Shown: in pieces, positions 29,691 to 38,622 of the stretch | Layout: each line of letters starts with the position of its first letter | How positions within the stretch are numbered: position 1 is the first letter of the stretch | From: an uncultured bacterium | GTDB lineage: Bacteria > Patescibacteriota > Patescibacteriia > UBA9570 > XYC2-FULL-38-9 | Reading direction: 5' to 3' | Assembly (NCBI GenBank): GCA_937996685.1 | Contig: CALKUP010000014.1 | Location: forward strand, 1 to 57,222 | Length of the DNA: 57,222 nucleotides | The notes under the pieces: generated by a model | The model's input: only the letters and a program-made list of their open reading frames with translations | What the model was told of the DNA's origin: nothing | The model's database searches: none | Made by a program: the position numbers and the translations under genes

Positions 29691-30401
29691 TTACTTAGCG
29701 TCCCAATCAATGTTCATTTGATCAGTGTCTGGCAATCCACCACTTGTCACTGAATGTGGGTTATACGTATTATAGTACAACTCAATTAATGACTGTGTAT
29801 CTAATACAGTACTTTGCAGACCAATACTTGATAAACCGCCTACAACCTGGGAAACACGACGATCGAGCTCAAGTGAATATTTTTCAAATGATTTTTGTGA
29901 CAGTGTAATACTTGAAGACGGATTAAACACCTCGCCAAAACGATTCCAAAATGATTTCTTTCCCTTTTGGCTTGGAGAATATGGCACGACGACATAAAAC
30001 TTTTTTTCCATAATCTTCGCATCATTGACGAGCGCTTGAATAAAAAGCTGATAACTTTCTGTTTGTTCGCGCAGTAATTCGTTTGTTTGATCGTTTTTTA
30101 ATTGCTCAATTTTTTTCAAATATTGTTCAATATTTAACGGGCGAGATTGGATCACAATTTGTAATTCAAAGTCTAATGTATTTAAAAACGACACATATCC
30201 TTGAATAATCCCTTGTTGCTCGTCTTGTGATTTCAACGCAAAATTCAAACTTCCAACCAATAATACACGACGCAATGTTCCATCTTTCATCATCACAATG
30301 CCATCACGAATTTCACGAAACGGAATATATCGCTGAGTCGGCGGGGTTTTTGGATTCGTGCGTTTGACTGCACGTTTTTTTGGTTCGGTATTTTTCGCCA
30401 T
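29691..30401 (-). CDS. Hypothetical protein resembling a stand-alone VirB4/TraC N-terminal domain
   Basis: The stretch YIPFREIRDGIVMMKDGTLRRVLLVGSLNFALKSQDEQQGIIQGYVSFLNTL resembles the N-terminal substrate/membrane-proximal domain of conjugative VirB4 ATPases. No P-loop. Confidence 0.45.
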   Translation of the reverse strand: MAKNTEPKKRAVKRTNPKTPPTQRYIPFREIRDGIVMMKDGTLRRVLLVGSLNFALKSQDEQQGIIQGYVSFLNTLDFELQIVIQSRPLNIEQYLKKIEQLKNDQTNELLREQTESYQLFIQALVNDAKIMEKKFYVVVPYSPSQKGKKSFWNRFGEVFNPSSSITLSQKSFEKYSLELDRRVSQVVGGLSSIGLQSTVLDTQSLIELYYNTYNPHSVTSGGLPDTDQMNIDWDAK

Positions 30402-30406
30402 ACAAT

Positions 30407-30856
30407 TTAATTTTTTGTTTCAGTCGTCTCAACAGTTTCACCACGATACACTCCTCCAGTATCAACGAGAAGTGACATTTCTGCAAGCCGTGATGCAGTT
30501 GCTGGTGCTTTTGGGGCTGGCGCTTTTGATTGCATCTCATCGATTTTCACTTCTTTTTCTCGAGATATTTCACGCTTCCACACGCGCATTCCCGGCTTTC
30601 GAAATGTTTGAAACAAATTCAACAACACATAATGCATTGATTGTCCGTTGATTTTAATAAACGCTAATGCACCACCAAGTCCAAATGTAATCGCAATAAG
30701 TGGCAAAAAAAGATATGGTGATTGGAAGATTGTAAAAAAGACATAGCACAAACCAAATGTCACCAGCATAATCACAAATTGCCGTCCTGAAATTGGACCA
30801 ATGATTTTGGTCTCAACCTCAATAAATTGTGGGACAACAAATTGATTATTACGCAT
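30407..30856 (-). CDS. PrgI family (VirB3-like) small membrane protein
   Basis: N-terminus VPQFIEVETKIIGPISGRQFVIML followed by two TM segments, as in PrgI/VirB3-like proteins. Position is two genes upstream of VirB4, with the 29691-30401 gene in between. Confidence 0.7.
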   Translation of the reverse strand: MRNNQFVVPQFIEVETKIIGPISGRQFVIMLVTFGLCYVFFTIFQSPYLFLPLIAITFGLGGALAFIKINGQSMHYVLLNLFQTFRKPGMRVWKREISREKEVKIDEMQSKAPAPKAPATASRLAEMSLLVDTGGVYRGETVETTETKN

Positions 30857-30858
30857 AC

Positions 30859-33141
30859 TTAAAATCGAAGGGATCTATTTAATGCTGCGACTGCTTCAAA
30901 TTCTGCGAGCGATAACACCTCTTCACGGCGTTGTTGTGCTTGCTCAATATATTGATTGACTGGCATGCCCTGCGAGAGACTACTGTTACCAATTGACACA
31001 TACAGCTGATGCACCGGACTTGTTTGCCATGCACGAATCGCTTCGGCTTTTTTTGCAATGGACTCTTGGGCTTGTAAATCAATTTTTTGACGAATGAAGG
31101 TGGTGGCTTTTTCTGGATTCACACCAAATGAACGCAGCTCTGTAAGACTAAATTGCTGCAACTCTTCCACCGGCCCGATAGTACGTTGTCGCGCGCTGGC
31201 AATACCAGATTGCTGCACTGGACGCATGCTGTCCATTCGACGAATTGGAGAATCCGTTAATGGATCGACAGATTTTTGTCGCATTTGCGCTACATCAAGA
31301 TTTGCAAAAATATCTTCAACTGGCACACTTGTCGATTGTTGCGGGACCGCAGGCACAGCCGCCGGGACTGGAACTTCTGTTGTAAACATATTCTCTCCTG
31401 CATCCTGCTCTTGTTGTACCGTTGATGCTACTTGGCGTTTTTTTGTCTCTTCAAATAAATCTTGACGTTGCATTAATTCTTGGACTTGTGCAAATGTCGG
31501 CGTCGGCTTTTGAACCGATTGCGTTTTTCCAGTCGCTCGCAACACAGGCACATCTTCTGCGTGCACAAAACGCTCCGCTGTATTCAAACAACTACTTGCA
31601 ATGTCAGCTGTCATATTCACACCACCGGACTCAATTGGAGTAACCAGTGTTTGCATCACTTCTTCACGTGTTCGATCCCCTTTTGCAAAGGACGCGATTA
31701 AACTCAAGAATCGATTTTCAGCGTCAACACTTTCAAGCAACAACGCGTGTTCAGCCAGTACTTCTTGTGCCAGCGTTTCATAATCAATGCCTTCTTTTGG
31801 CTGCGGTTGCATTTTTGGAGCTACAACAGGCACCGGTGACTCAATTACAGAAGTCACTGGCTTTGGAGACGTAATTGGTTGTTGTGGCACCACAGGTATT
31901 GGAGCAGGCGCTGCCGTTGGGATTGGCGGCAGATCTGGCATTACTGTTGATTCAGCTGGTTGCATTGGCACAACCGGTTGAGCCGGCTTAGTAACTGACA
32001 ATGGAGCGGCGGCAAGAGACGGTGATACAGTAACAGGAGTTTGCGGTTTCACAACAGGCTTTATCGGACTCGGCTTTGACACTTCTTGTTTCACAGGCAA
32101 TTCTACAACCGACTCATCAAACATATCAGGCACAACTTTTTGCGGCGCTTTCGGCGCTGGAGTTGCAACCGGCATTTCAACACGCGGCGTGGATGCCGCA
32201 ACTGGAGTCGCATCAACGGCAACACTCTCTACAGCAGGAGTTGTGTTACGCGCAATTTCTCGACGCAATTCCTCACTACGAGACAACTGTTCTTCGAGAA
32301 TCGGTGTCATTGAAATTTCCGCTTCTGCAAGTTGTTTATCAAATTCCTGCACACGCTTTTGAATATCTCGCAACGCTTCTTCTTTTTCTTCTGGGGTCAT
32401 TTTTGCAACAATATCTGATTCAATTCCGGTGTCGATTTCTTTTCCGTGATCAATATATTTAATATGACCACTTTCAATATCATGATAAATAACCGTATCT
32501 TCATTCCCTGCCGGAGTAAGTGACGACAAGCCCATTGCATTGTAAAATCGAAATAACCCTTCTAATTTTTCACGCTCATCACTAGAAAGATTTGCAACAT
32601 TTGGAGAGGTGTTGAGATATTGCGTGAACACCAATTGATCATTCGGATTTTTCCCATCTGCAAATAATTCAAAATCATGGATCCAGTTTTGGACGGTTCC
32701 GAATGAACGAACACCATTAATTGTAATTTGTTTTTTTGAAAGCCTATACACAGATGTGCTAATTGCATCGCGAATATCTTTTTTTAACGCATCTCTATCT
32801 GCAAGATCAATAAAAGAAGCTAGCATTTGATTGATATTTTTCAGCAACGTATCTGCTGGGTACTCAAAAAAGTATTCGAAGTATTCACGAAAGAGCTTCC
32901 GAACAATCATTGGCACCTGCCATTGCAATAAAAACCATTCTAACCGAGCAAGAGCGGTATTATATTTTTTCGTCGCTGATGTGCCATAATATTGAATATA
33001 TTCACTATTATTTTTTATATATTCTGAAAGCTCGTAACGAAATTCATTCGCAAGTTCACTATGATTATTTCCAGCATCAATAAAACCAGCGATTCTTGCT
33101 TCGACTTCTTCAATTGATTCTAGCACCTTCTTCTCTATCAT
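30859..33141 (-). CDS. 760-aa hypothetical protein with a central Pro/Val/Ala/Gln-rich linker, no signal peptide or TM segment
   Basis: Long ORF in the operon, 2 nt from the next gene. A proline-rich segment of about 150 aa (PVATPAPKAPQKVVP ... PIPVVPQQPITSPKP) separates two globular regions. Confidence 0.55.
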   Translation of the reverse strand: MIEKKVLESIEEVEARIAGFIDAGNNHSELANEFRYELSEYIKNNSEYIQYYGTSATKKYNTALARLEWFLLQWQVPMIVRKLFREYFEYFFEYPADTLLKNINQMLASFIDLADRDALKKDIRDAISTSVYRLSKKQITINGVRSFGTVQNWIHDFELFADGKNPNDQLVFTQYLNTSPNVANLSSDEREKLEGLFRFYNAMGLSSLTPAGNEDTVIYHDIESGHIKYIDHGKEIDTGIESDIVAKMTPEEKEEALRDIQKRVQEFDKQLAEAEISMTPILEEQLSRSEELRREIARNTTPAVESVAVDATPVAASTPRVEMPVATPAPKAPQKVVPDMFDESVVELPVKQEVSKPSPIKPVVKPQTPVTVSPSLAAAPLSVTKPAQPVVPMQPAESTVMPDLPPIPTAAPAPIPVVPQQPITSPKPVTSVIESPVPVVAPKMQPQPKEGIDYETLAQEVLAEHALLLESVDAENRFLSLIASFAKGDRTREEVMQTLVTPIESGGVNMTADIASSCLNTAERFVHAEDVPVLRATGKTQSVQKPTPTFAQVQELMQRQDLFEETKKRQVASTVQQEQDAGENMFTTEVPVPAAVPAVPQQSTSVPVEDIFANLDVAQMRQKSVDPLTDSPIRRMDSMRPVQQSGIASARQRTIGPVEELQQFSLTELRSFGVNPEKATTFIRQKIDLQAQESIAKKAEAIRAWQTSPVHQLYVSIGNSSLSQGMPVNQYIEQAQQRREEVLSLAEFEAVAALNRSLRF

Positions 33142-33165
33142 AATCCCTTTGTTGAATAGCTGATT

Positions 33166-36100
33166 TTATACATAACCTTGCTCGTCTTTTTCACCCAGCT
33201 CTACACTATCATCTCCTGCTACAGCCTCAGCTGTTTTTTTAGCTGTTGCAGCCGCAGTACGAGTAATCAGTTTTTTGTTGTATGGAGCAAATTTTTCCAA
33301 AAAGTCTTGCGTGAAACCCGTTCCATCTGGAGCTTTGTGGTTCAAAAACAATGTTGTTGGAGTAACAGGAACGCTTGGAAGACCTGCCGCACTCGTTATT
33401 GCATCAGCTGCTTTTTGCCGCTCTTTATCCCTTTCTTGCCTTATTTGATCAATAGCAATTTCACGCGCAAAAACCTCTCGAGTTGCCGGGTCCATTTTTT
33501 TAAGGTCTAAATCATTTTGACTACGAATGTAATTATCAAGAACACCTTTATTGACGTCTGTAACATTACCGTCCATATCTCTTGAAAACGGCATGTTCCA
33601 ATCTTTTCCTGCTAACGCAAGCGCATTCTTAGGACTAGACAGCATTCCCTGCAGTATTCTAATCATCTCAGGACTATTCATTCGATATCCATTTTGGTTA
33701 AAATCAAATACCCCCATTGCGCCACCACGATCATTGCCTTTTTCAAGATTTGCCAACACTGACATTTGACGATACGCTTCTTGTTGAGAGAAACCACCAT
33801 TAGAAGAAAACCAAGAAGCAAGCAAGCGCCAAAGGTCACTACTAGTATCATAGACCATTCCGACCTTATTCGCTGCAATCGCTGCCTTTAAAGCAGCTGG
33901 ATCATTTTTTAATTCGTCTGAAATTTGTGTGTATTCTTTTTTGCCGTCTACAGTAGTTGTAAATTTTGGCGCGCCCGTTGTTTCATCAAGTTCATACATT
34001 TTTGTTCCTAAATCAGCTCCAAGCAACGCTGTTTGCTTACGAAAATCTGGATTCGACTCTGCGGCTTGTTGTAAAAACTTTGGAATCGCCCACCCACCAG
34101 CTCCCAAGGATACCAATTTTCTTAAAATAGCTGATGTAACAAAACCATTACCGGAGATTAATGCATTAGTAAATGACTCTTGCAATTGCGGAACCTCTAA
34201 ACCATCTAAACCTTTCGAAGCCTCTGAAATTCGTTGATCACTCAGCGCCGCAGCTCCAATAGCTCTATAACCTCGAGTTCGCAACACTTCCCGCTCATAT
34301 GCATCTTTTGTCTGAGTAGCGGTTTTCTTGCGGCCTTCCGCATCAGCAACAGCTTTTGTCCTCTCAGCTCTCTGACTTAAGAGGTCAGTGAAAGTCTCTA
34401 AAGAGTCAACTCCAGCGGCCTTTGCTGCATTTTTTTTCTGCTCTTCTAATTGAGCTTTTTTCGCCAATCTAGCCGCCTTGTCTACCTGTCCTGGCTTTGC
34501 AAATCCAACACCTAAAGCTCCTAATAGAGCATCGCTTACATCACCAGTCGCGATAGTTTTGGCTCCTGCATTTATTAAATCTAAAAGTTTTTTTGACTCC
34601 GCAGGATCAGTTGCTGGATCTGACGCCCGATCTTCTACTATTTCTCGAATAGCCTTATCTTGAATATCTATTGAACCACTAGCCTTCAGTCTCGCAATTA
34701 TTTGATCTGCCGTTTCTGGCTCTGAAGGGTCAATATTTCCAATTGCTTCATCTGCATCTGCTATTATTTTTTGTGCATTTTCCAATAAGGCTAATTTTTC
34801 AGGGCTAATTCCTTGGTCTGCATCAAATTGTTCTACTAATCTTTTCTGATGTGCAAGTTCATCATTCGCCCTTTCAATCGCTTTCTTGTTCTCTTCCATT
34901 TGTTTATTTTCCCTGGATTCTTGACCAATAAAAGGAAGAGCCTTAAACATTTTAAGGCCTAATACTTCATTCAAGAGAATATTTTTCAACGTCACCCCTT
35001 CCACATATTGAGTTCCCCCTTCTGTTGTCGCTCCAAACATTGCACCTATAGCACGAGTTGCTGCATTACGACGACCTGTTGTCATCACACCCGCTAATTC
35101 TTGCGCTCCTTGCGCAGAGGCGTTTGCGCGTGTTTTTGCATTTGCATCTAAAGCATTTTTTACATTTGTTGCTGAACCTTTAACGTCCATTAAATTACCC
35201 ACCATATCAAGGCCGGTACCAAAAAAACGCAGAGCTCCAGTACCAAGTGAATTATTTACATACTTTCCTTCCTCATCTGTTTCAGAAGCACCAAAAGAAC
35301 CTCGTATGCCAGAACCAAGACTTGAAACCATTTGTGAACCACGAATGACCCCTGAATTGACCAAAGAACCGGCCGCAGCGGATGCTTTTCCGGTATATTC
35401 TCCAATTTCACCAGACATTCCTGATGTAAATTTCAATGCAGCTGACAACATGATAAAGCCAATAAGGTAATTTGCCAAAATACTTGGATTTGTCGATCCG
35501 TACTGGGAACTTGACTGAGAATTCAACTGAGTCAATGCTGTTGTTGTTGCGTTACTTGCTTTAGTTAATGATTGAACATTTGTTAATCCTTGAGTCAAAG
35601 GATTCGCAATTGCACCACCAAGACCACCTGCGCTAGTCCCGACAGCAGCTCCATTCATCATTGTTAGTGTCAGCCATAAAAAAAATGTCATGAATGGACC
35701 CAGGATAATGTATCGTCCCCACATTTCCCACCACTGAGTGGAATATCGTTTTGTAACATCTAAAATACGTGTGATATACGCAAGCGGAGACAGGACAATT
35801 AATACCCATAATAATACAATCCGAGCAATCAACATCACAACAAAAACCGTTAAAATCACAAATGCTGAAAACTGCAAAAATGCCGCGATGATAACAGCTC
35901 CAGTCGCCTCATAAGAAAGGGAAGCAGCAGTACCGGTAACACCAGCAGAGTCTGTAAAACCACCACTACTAAAAAAATTTCCTAGCGCGGGTGCGCCTAA
36001 ACCTGCAAGAACGCCTCCTCCCCATGAACCGCCAATGCTCCCACCAAATGTCGCCATTGCCACATTTGCCGCATCAGTAAAAAAACCACAAATGGTTTTA

Positions 36101-36672
36101 CTAAAATTAATGAGTACTGCGTATAAAATAAATTTCCGCAATAAATCCTGCCATTTGTAACTCTCCAGATTCAGGACCGCTGCAAGAGCAATAATTAAAA
36201 GAATAATCGCAAAAAACAAATTACAAATATCACGCACAATACGCCAACCTGTGACAACTGAGGTAACATTAATATATCCCCCGGGAGCCGATCCGGCAGT
36301 TACCCAAAAATCACCCCATGGATATTCAATGACAACATCAAGAATAGCTGCCACAATAGATGATAAAGCTCCACATAATATATACAACAAACTTGCAACT
36401 AACGAGATAATAAATGTTATAGGAGACGAGAGTCCTTCGGCAAGAGTGATAGCATTTGCCTGCTCTGCAAATGAACCAAGGTTAAACGCATACATAATCC
36501 CGCCAATAGCAGCGAGACTCACAACGCTAATCCCAGCTCCGTACAAAAAACGTTTACCGAAACGACGAATTTTTTGTTTGGCAAATTGAAAAATGTGATC
36601 AATATCACCAATCGTTTCAGTCAGACGTTCATAGGTGAACATCAAGCGTAATCGCACTATAAAATCTTGCAT
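33166..36672 (-). CDS. VirB6/TrbL-like polytopic membrane protein with a C-terminal extension of about 700 aa
   Basis: At least 7 hydrophobic segments in the first 430 aa or so, with G-rich loops, then a long hydrophilic, partly coiled-coil-like region. It is the first gene of the T4SS-like operon. Confidence 0.55.
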   Translation of the reverse strand: MQDFIVRLRLMFTYERLTETIGDIDHIFQFAKQKIRRFGKRFLYGAGISVVSLAAIGGIMYAFNLGSFAEQANAITLAEGLSSPITFIISLVASLLYILCGALSSIVAAILDVVIEYPWGDFWVTAGSAPGGYINVTSVVTGWRIVRDICNLFFAIILLIIALAAVLNLESYKWQDLLRKFILYAVLINFSKTICGFFTDAANVAMATFGGSIGGSWGGGVLAGLGAPALGNFFSSGGFTDSAGVTGTAASLSYEATGAVIIAAFLQFSAFVILTVFVVMLIARIVLLWVLIVLSPLAYITRILDVTKRYSTQWWEMWGRYIILGPFMTFFLWLTLTMMNGAAVGTSAGGLGGAIANPLTQGLTNVQSLTKASNATTTALTQLNSQSSSQYGSTNPSILANYLIGFIMLSAALKFTSGMSGEIGEYTGKASAAAGSLVNSGVIRGSQMVSSLGSGIRGSFGASETDEEGKYVNNSLGTGALRFFGTGLDMVGNLMDVKGSATNVKNALDANAKTRANASAQGAQELAGVMTTGRRNAATRAIGAMFGATTEGGTQYVEGVTLKNILLNEVLGLKMFKALPFIGQESRENKQMEENKKAIERANDELAHQKRLVEQFDADQGISPEKLALLENAQKIIADADEAIGNIDPSEPETADQIIARLKASGSIDIQDKAIREIVEDRASDPATDPAESKKLLDLINAGAKTIATGDVSDALLGALGVGFAKPGQVDKAARLAKKAQLEEQKKNAAKAAGVDSLETFTDLLSQRAERTKAVADAEGRKKTATQTKDAYEREVLRTRGYRAIGAAALSDQRISEASKGLDGLEVPQLQESFTNALISGNGFVTSAILRKLVSLGAGGWAIPKFLQQAAESNPDFRKQTALLGADLGTKMYELDETTGAPKFTTTVDGKKEYTQISDELKNDPAALKAAIAANKVGMVYDTSSDLWRLLASWFSSNGGFSQQEAYRQMSVLANLEKGNDRGGAMGVFDFNQNGYRMNSPEMIRILQGMLSSPKNALALAGKDWNMPFSRDMDGNVTDVNKGVLDNYIRSQNDLDLKKMDPATREVFAREIAIDQIRQERDKERQKAADAITSAAGLPSVPVTPTTLFLNHKAPDGTGFTQDFLEKFAPYNKKLITRTAAATAKKTAEAVAGDDSVELGEKDEQGYV

Positions 36673-36695
36673 GTGTGTATCACAATGATGGTGTG

Positions 36696-36724
36696 ATTAT
36701 ACAATATTTTTTGTTTTCCGCCAA
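36696..36724 (-). promoter_or_regulatory. Sigma70-like promoter of the T4SS-like operon
   Basis: On the minus strand: TTGGCG, 17 nt, TATAAT. The -10 box lies 23 nt upstream of the ATG. It shares an 18-nt block with the promoter at 49980-50009. Confidence 0.5.
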
Positions 36725-36738
36725 ACAGAAAATGCGCA

Positions 36739-38358
36739 TTATGTGTATCGTTGCATTTCTGTATCAAAAATATCTTGCACAATCCCAAGGCTAATTGCAT
36801 AGGTGGCGTTCAACCCTTCCCACGTGAGGCGTTTTGCGCCCAATGTGCTCTCAGAGCGCTGTGGCGTATCAGATACGTAATACGCGAGACCTAAACGAAA
36901 ATCGGTATTAATCGATACTTGTTCGTTTTCCGGGTATCGATTTGGCTGGGTCATTTCATAGACCGCATTGAGGTATGGACCGCCTTCCATTTCAACAATG
37001 CTATAGCCATTCGCAAAATCACGGCCGAGACTATCTGGGCTTTGCAAATAGGTTCCTCGCACCGTTACAGCTTGTTGACCATCGAGAATCGAATTTTTCT
37101 GTAAATATGGCTCAAATGTTCCGCGATGGAAATCATTATAGACAAACAAACGGTTATTTGTGTGATAATCGAGTACTTCGTGTGGGATTGTCACGTCGCC
37201 AAGCTCACCGTTGAGCGAGGCTGCCTTCCCCATGATATAAACGCCGCGCAATGACGGGACATTCGTACTCACCTCACTTAAAATACGGTACGCCGCGAGA
37301 CCGAGTGGATACGCAATGTTTAAAATCAGCGCGTTGCTCTTTTGCAACCGTTCACGCATCTCAGGCGAGATATTCAAACGACTATCGATATTCGGGTTAT
37401 TGATACAATCAGCAATTGAAAAAATCTGCGCCTCAATATCAATATGATGATACGGAGACATGCGATGCAAGCCAAATGATTGTTCGTGCGCATGTTTTGA
37501 TTCCAAAAATTCCGGGTGTCGCTTCTCAGAAAAACGAGACAAATAATACAGCATGTTTTGCTCAGACACCCCTTCTTGTTCGAACGCCGCTCGCTCTGTT
37601 TCTAGGCGCTCCGCGTTGTCCATCTGCAAAAAATTACGGTTATCCCATTGAAAACCAGATAACACATTCATTAATGAATGCGAGTTGGATGACACAAAAT
37701 AAATTGGTTGCTTATAGAGATCAAAAGGTTCTTCTTTGCGGATGCTCGCAATATTCACCCACCAATCTTGGACCACTTTTGCATAATCTACTTTTGAACC
37801 AGCGAGTAATTTTAATGGCCAGTCTACAGGGTCTTTTGCCAATGCAACCCACTGATCAACAGATTCTCCCAGCACTTCTGTGAAGGTCTGATAATTTTCT
37901 GGCGTTGCAAAACAGTCTTCAACTGCGGCGCCGGCAGTGAGGAGTTGATTCATTTTCAACATCTCGATCATAATCGCTGTGACATTTGTCACAATATCTT
38001 CAACGTCGCTAATCGATGCGATAAATAGAGCCAGCTGCTTGGTTTCTGGATGAAATGCGCAGACACGAGCGCGCGCAACCGCCTGTGTTTTTTGCCAGCT
38101 ACTATCCATGATCACCCCGGCATGTTCAAAGACTTGATCGGATTGACCCATGAGGATTTCAGTTGCTTCGAGAAGCTCTGGCGGCAAACGCAATAATGAA
38201 TACGTCAGAGCGCCGACATCAACATGCGTGTCATGCAGATGTGCATGCAACGCGGGTGCGAGCGCGGTGTGCTCGGCGATAAACGACGATGCTTTGACAA
38301 CTCCCCCGCCCGTTAACGCGGATTGAATTTTTTGGACATAGATTTTAATCGGATTCAT
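36739..38358 (-). CDS. 539-aa protein with a C-terminal nucleoside-phosphorylase/AMP-nucleosidase-like (PNP_UDP_1 fold) region and an unknown N-terminal domain
   Basis: The C-terminal pattern ILNIAYPLG ... IMGKAASLNGELGDVTIPHEVLD ... VTVRGTYLQSPD ... IVEMEGGPY parallels conserved blocks of phosphorylase family 1. TGaTATACT extended -10 about 45 nt upstream. Confidence 0.4.
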   Translation of the reverse strand: MNPIKIYVQKIQSALTGGGVVKASSFIAEHTALAPALHAHLHDTHVDVGALTYSLLRLPPELLEATEILMGQSDQVFEHAGVIMDSSWQKTQAVARARVCAFHPETKQLALFIASISDVEDIVTNVTAIMIEMLKMNQLLTAGAAVEDCFATPENYQTFTEVLGESVDQWVALAKDPVDWPLKLLAGSKVDYAKVVQDWWVNIASIRKEEPFDLYKQPIYFVSSNSHSLMNVLSGFQWDNRNFLQMDNAERLETERAAFEQEGVSEQNMLYYLSRFSEKRHPEFLESKHAHEQSFGLHRMSPYHHIDIEAQIFSIADCINNPNIDSRLNISPEMRERLQKSNALILNIAYPLGLAAYRILSEVSTNVPSLRGVYIMGKAASLNGELGDVTIPHEVLDYHTNNRLFVYNDFHRGTFEPYLQKNSILDGQQAVTVRGTYLQSPDSLGRDFANGYSIVEMEGGPYLNAVYEMTQPNRYPENEQVSINTDFRLGLAYYVSDTPQRSESTLGAKRLTWEGLNATYAISLGIVQDIFDTEMQRYT

Positions 38359-38432
38359 ATCTTCTGTGTTTATTTTCTTTCTCTGTTTTTATGAAACGTA
38401 GATAGTATATCACACCTCAAAAAGAGATGCAC

Positions 38433-38454
38433 AAAAAAAATGCCGCTATGGCAT
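38433..38454 (-). terminator. Weak rho-independent terminator candidate (minus strand)
   Basis: The minus strand reads ATGCC-ATAGC-GGCAT followed by T8, that is a 5-bp stem, 5-nt loop and U-tract. Confidence 0.35.
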
Positions 38455-38570
38455 TTCTCTCTGTATCTCGATACACATTTCTTCTGTAGTCATGTCATCG
38501 TGATTGTCACAGACATGTTCACAGAAGAAAGCCGGACCATTTGCTGTTGTTCGAGCAGTTGGTTCGGCGG

Positions 38571-38609
38571 AGGGCGCCGGAAGCAGCGAGTTGCTGCGCT
38601 TGGCGCCCT
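38571..38609. repeat. GC-rich inverted repeat / stem-loop just 3' of the GC-rich lipoprotein gene
   Basis: AGGGCGCC ... GCAGC-GAGTT-GCTGC ... GGCGCCCT gives an 8-bp outer and a 5-bp inner perfect stem. No U-tract. Confidence 0.6.
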
Positions 38610-38622
38610 GGGGCTGAAAAAT

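Noticed and set aside
29675-29691. Idea that the 236-aa gene and the 680-aa VirB4 gene are one gene split by a frameshift.
   Set aside because: The 680-aa protein already has its own complete N-domain and a plausible ATG. The 15-nt spacer contains a clean stop and start, so two separate genes are more likely.
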